This document shows positions 62,751-64,000 of a stretch of 64,000 nucleotides of DNA, piece after piece; position 1 is the first letter of the stretch; each line of letters begins with the position of its first letter. The position numbers and the translations under genes were made by a program. A model generated the notes under the pieces. The model was not told where the DNA came from and did not search any database. It saw only the letters and a list, made by a program, of their open reading frames with translations. This stretch comes from Vermamoeba vermiformis. Its lineage: Eukaryota. The stretch spans positions 1 through 64,000 of the forward strand of contig JBEWZL010000041.1 in the NCBI GenBank assembly GCA_045837725.1, in the 5' to 3' direction.

Positions 62751-64000
62751 ATGCAACGCTTCGTGGCTATCGTACTCTGCGCTCTGGTGGCTTTTGCTGC
62801 TGCCACGCCAAAGGAGATCCATCCTACCGACACCAACCCGTCATGGCGCTCAGTCCTTCAAAGTCTTCAAGCTGGCGACGTCGTTACGGTTCATGCAGGA
62901 ACATATGTCTCATCGAGCAAGTTAAAGCTGGTGCTTGTAGGAACAGAAACGAATCCGATCGTCATACAAGCGGCATCCGGAGAAGCTCGTCCAGTGTTCC
63001 AACAGACTTCTGGAGAAAACGTTATTGATATCGATGGCGTTTACTTCATGATCAAGGGCCTTGAATTTACCGGCGGCAGTCGCGGAGTTCGTTTGGGCGA
63101 AGGAAGAGGTACGTGTCAGATCAACAAATCAAATTGCGCCAATATACGCGCTATTCAGTCAACCGCTGTTATGTTATAGATACTTGATGATCATAATACT
63201 AATTTGGTTAAAGACACTTCGCACGCCATCTTCGATAGTATCTCCATCCACGATATTGGTGCCAATGGGTTCAGCGCTAACGACCACGGTAGAAATTACG
63301 AGAACATTACTTTGAGATACAGCGAGATTAGTAAAACAGGTATATACATCTGTCAAGTCTCTTCGAAAGATTTTGTATTGGTTGTTTGATCCAACTGACC
63401 GGTTCTAACTTTAGCTGTGACCGGTGAATGCGTCTATATGGGCTGCCAAACTGATGGCTGCAGAACATTCAATTCTATCATTGAGTTCAACTACTGCCAC
63501 GATACTACAACTGACGGTCACGGGTCAAAGGGATCAGGTTTCCAAATCAAGACCGGCTCTCACAACAACATCGTCCGAAACAACGTCTGCAAGAACACTC
63601 CTGGCGTTTGCATCTTGCTTTACGACGACTATGATCGTGGAGTCAATCTCGTCGAAGGCAACGTCGTGATTGGCGTTCAAAATGACAACGGCATTCAAGT
63701 GACTGCTGGTGTTATAATTAGGAACAATATTATCCTTGGTTGGGCTTCAGGTACGGTCACAACGTTCAAAGGACTTTTCTCGAGATTTCTCGTTCGTTCA
63801 TGAATTTCGAACTGCCTTCAAAACTAATTTTATCATCTCCGGTTAGGATCCTTTGCTGGTCTTTACGCAATTAGCAACGAGCCTATGCCTGGCAAATCCC
63901 CTCGTAACATTACTGCCGAGCACAACACCATCTATAACGCTGCATCCGGAAAGACTTGTTTGAGGATGGATAGCATTGATGCTGGTGAGAATTGGGTCGT
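62751..64000 (+). CDS. Secreted beta-helix protein, paralog 3 (runs off the window end)
   Basis: Same signal peptide, motifs and intron positions as paralogs 1 and 2. Confidence 0.85.

Overview
Gene-dense, AT-rich eukaryotic genomic DNA with short GT-AG introns (gtaag donors, ttag/ctag acceptors). It looks like a free-living protist, possibly an amoebozoan; this is inferred from gene content, not proven. About 27 protein-coding loci are recognisable. Housekeeping genes: arginase, UPF2, CRYZL1-like, a RhoGAP, a GT31 galactosyltransferase, a TOM1/GPR137-like multi-pass membrane protein and a WD40 protein. Accessory genes: about six F-box-type genes, a bacterial-type ThuA-GSDH-PKD-CBM-malectin surface protein, and three tandem secreted beta-helix genes. 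Most notable observations: (1) a 6 kb island of open but truncated, diverged copies of core gene-expression machinery, namely three tail-less ribosomal uL10/P0 paralogs and an intronless Prp22/DHX8 derivative with altered catalytic motifs, next to an F-box/ankyrin gene; (2) an apparently circularly permuted F5/8C (CBM32) domain nested inside a CBM6 domain; (3) a 1.7 kb element with CACTGTG/CACAGTG termini that cuts a gene; (4) two CpG-depleted domains over F-box gene bodies; (5) a conserved GGGAC-N3/4-GTCCC palindrome upstream of all three beta-helix genes. Exon boundaries and counts were read by eye and no database searches were run. No rRNA, tRNA or CRISPR array was seen.
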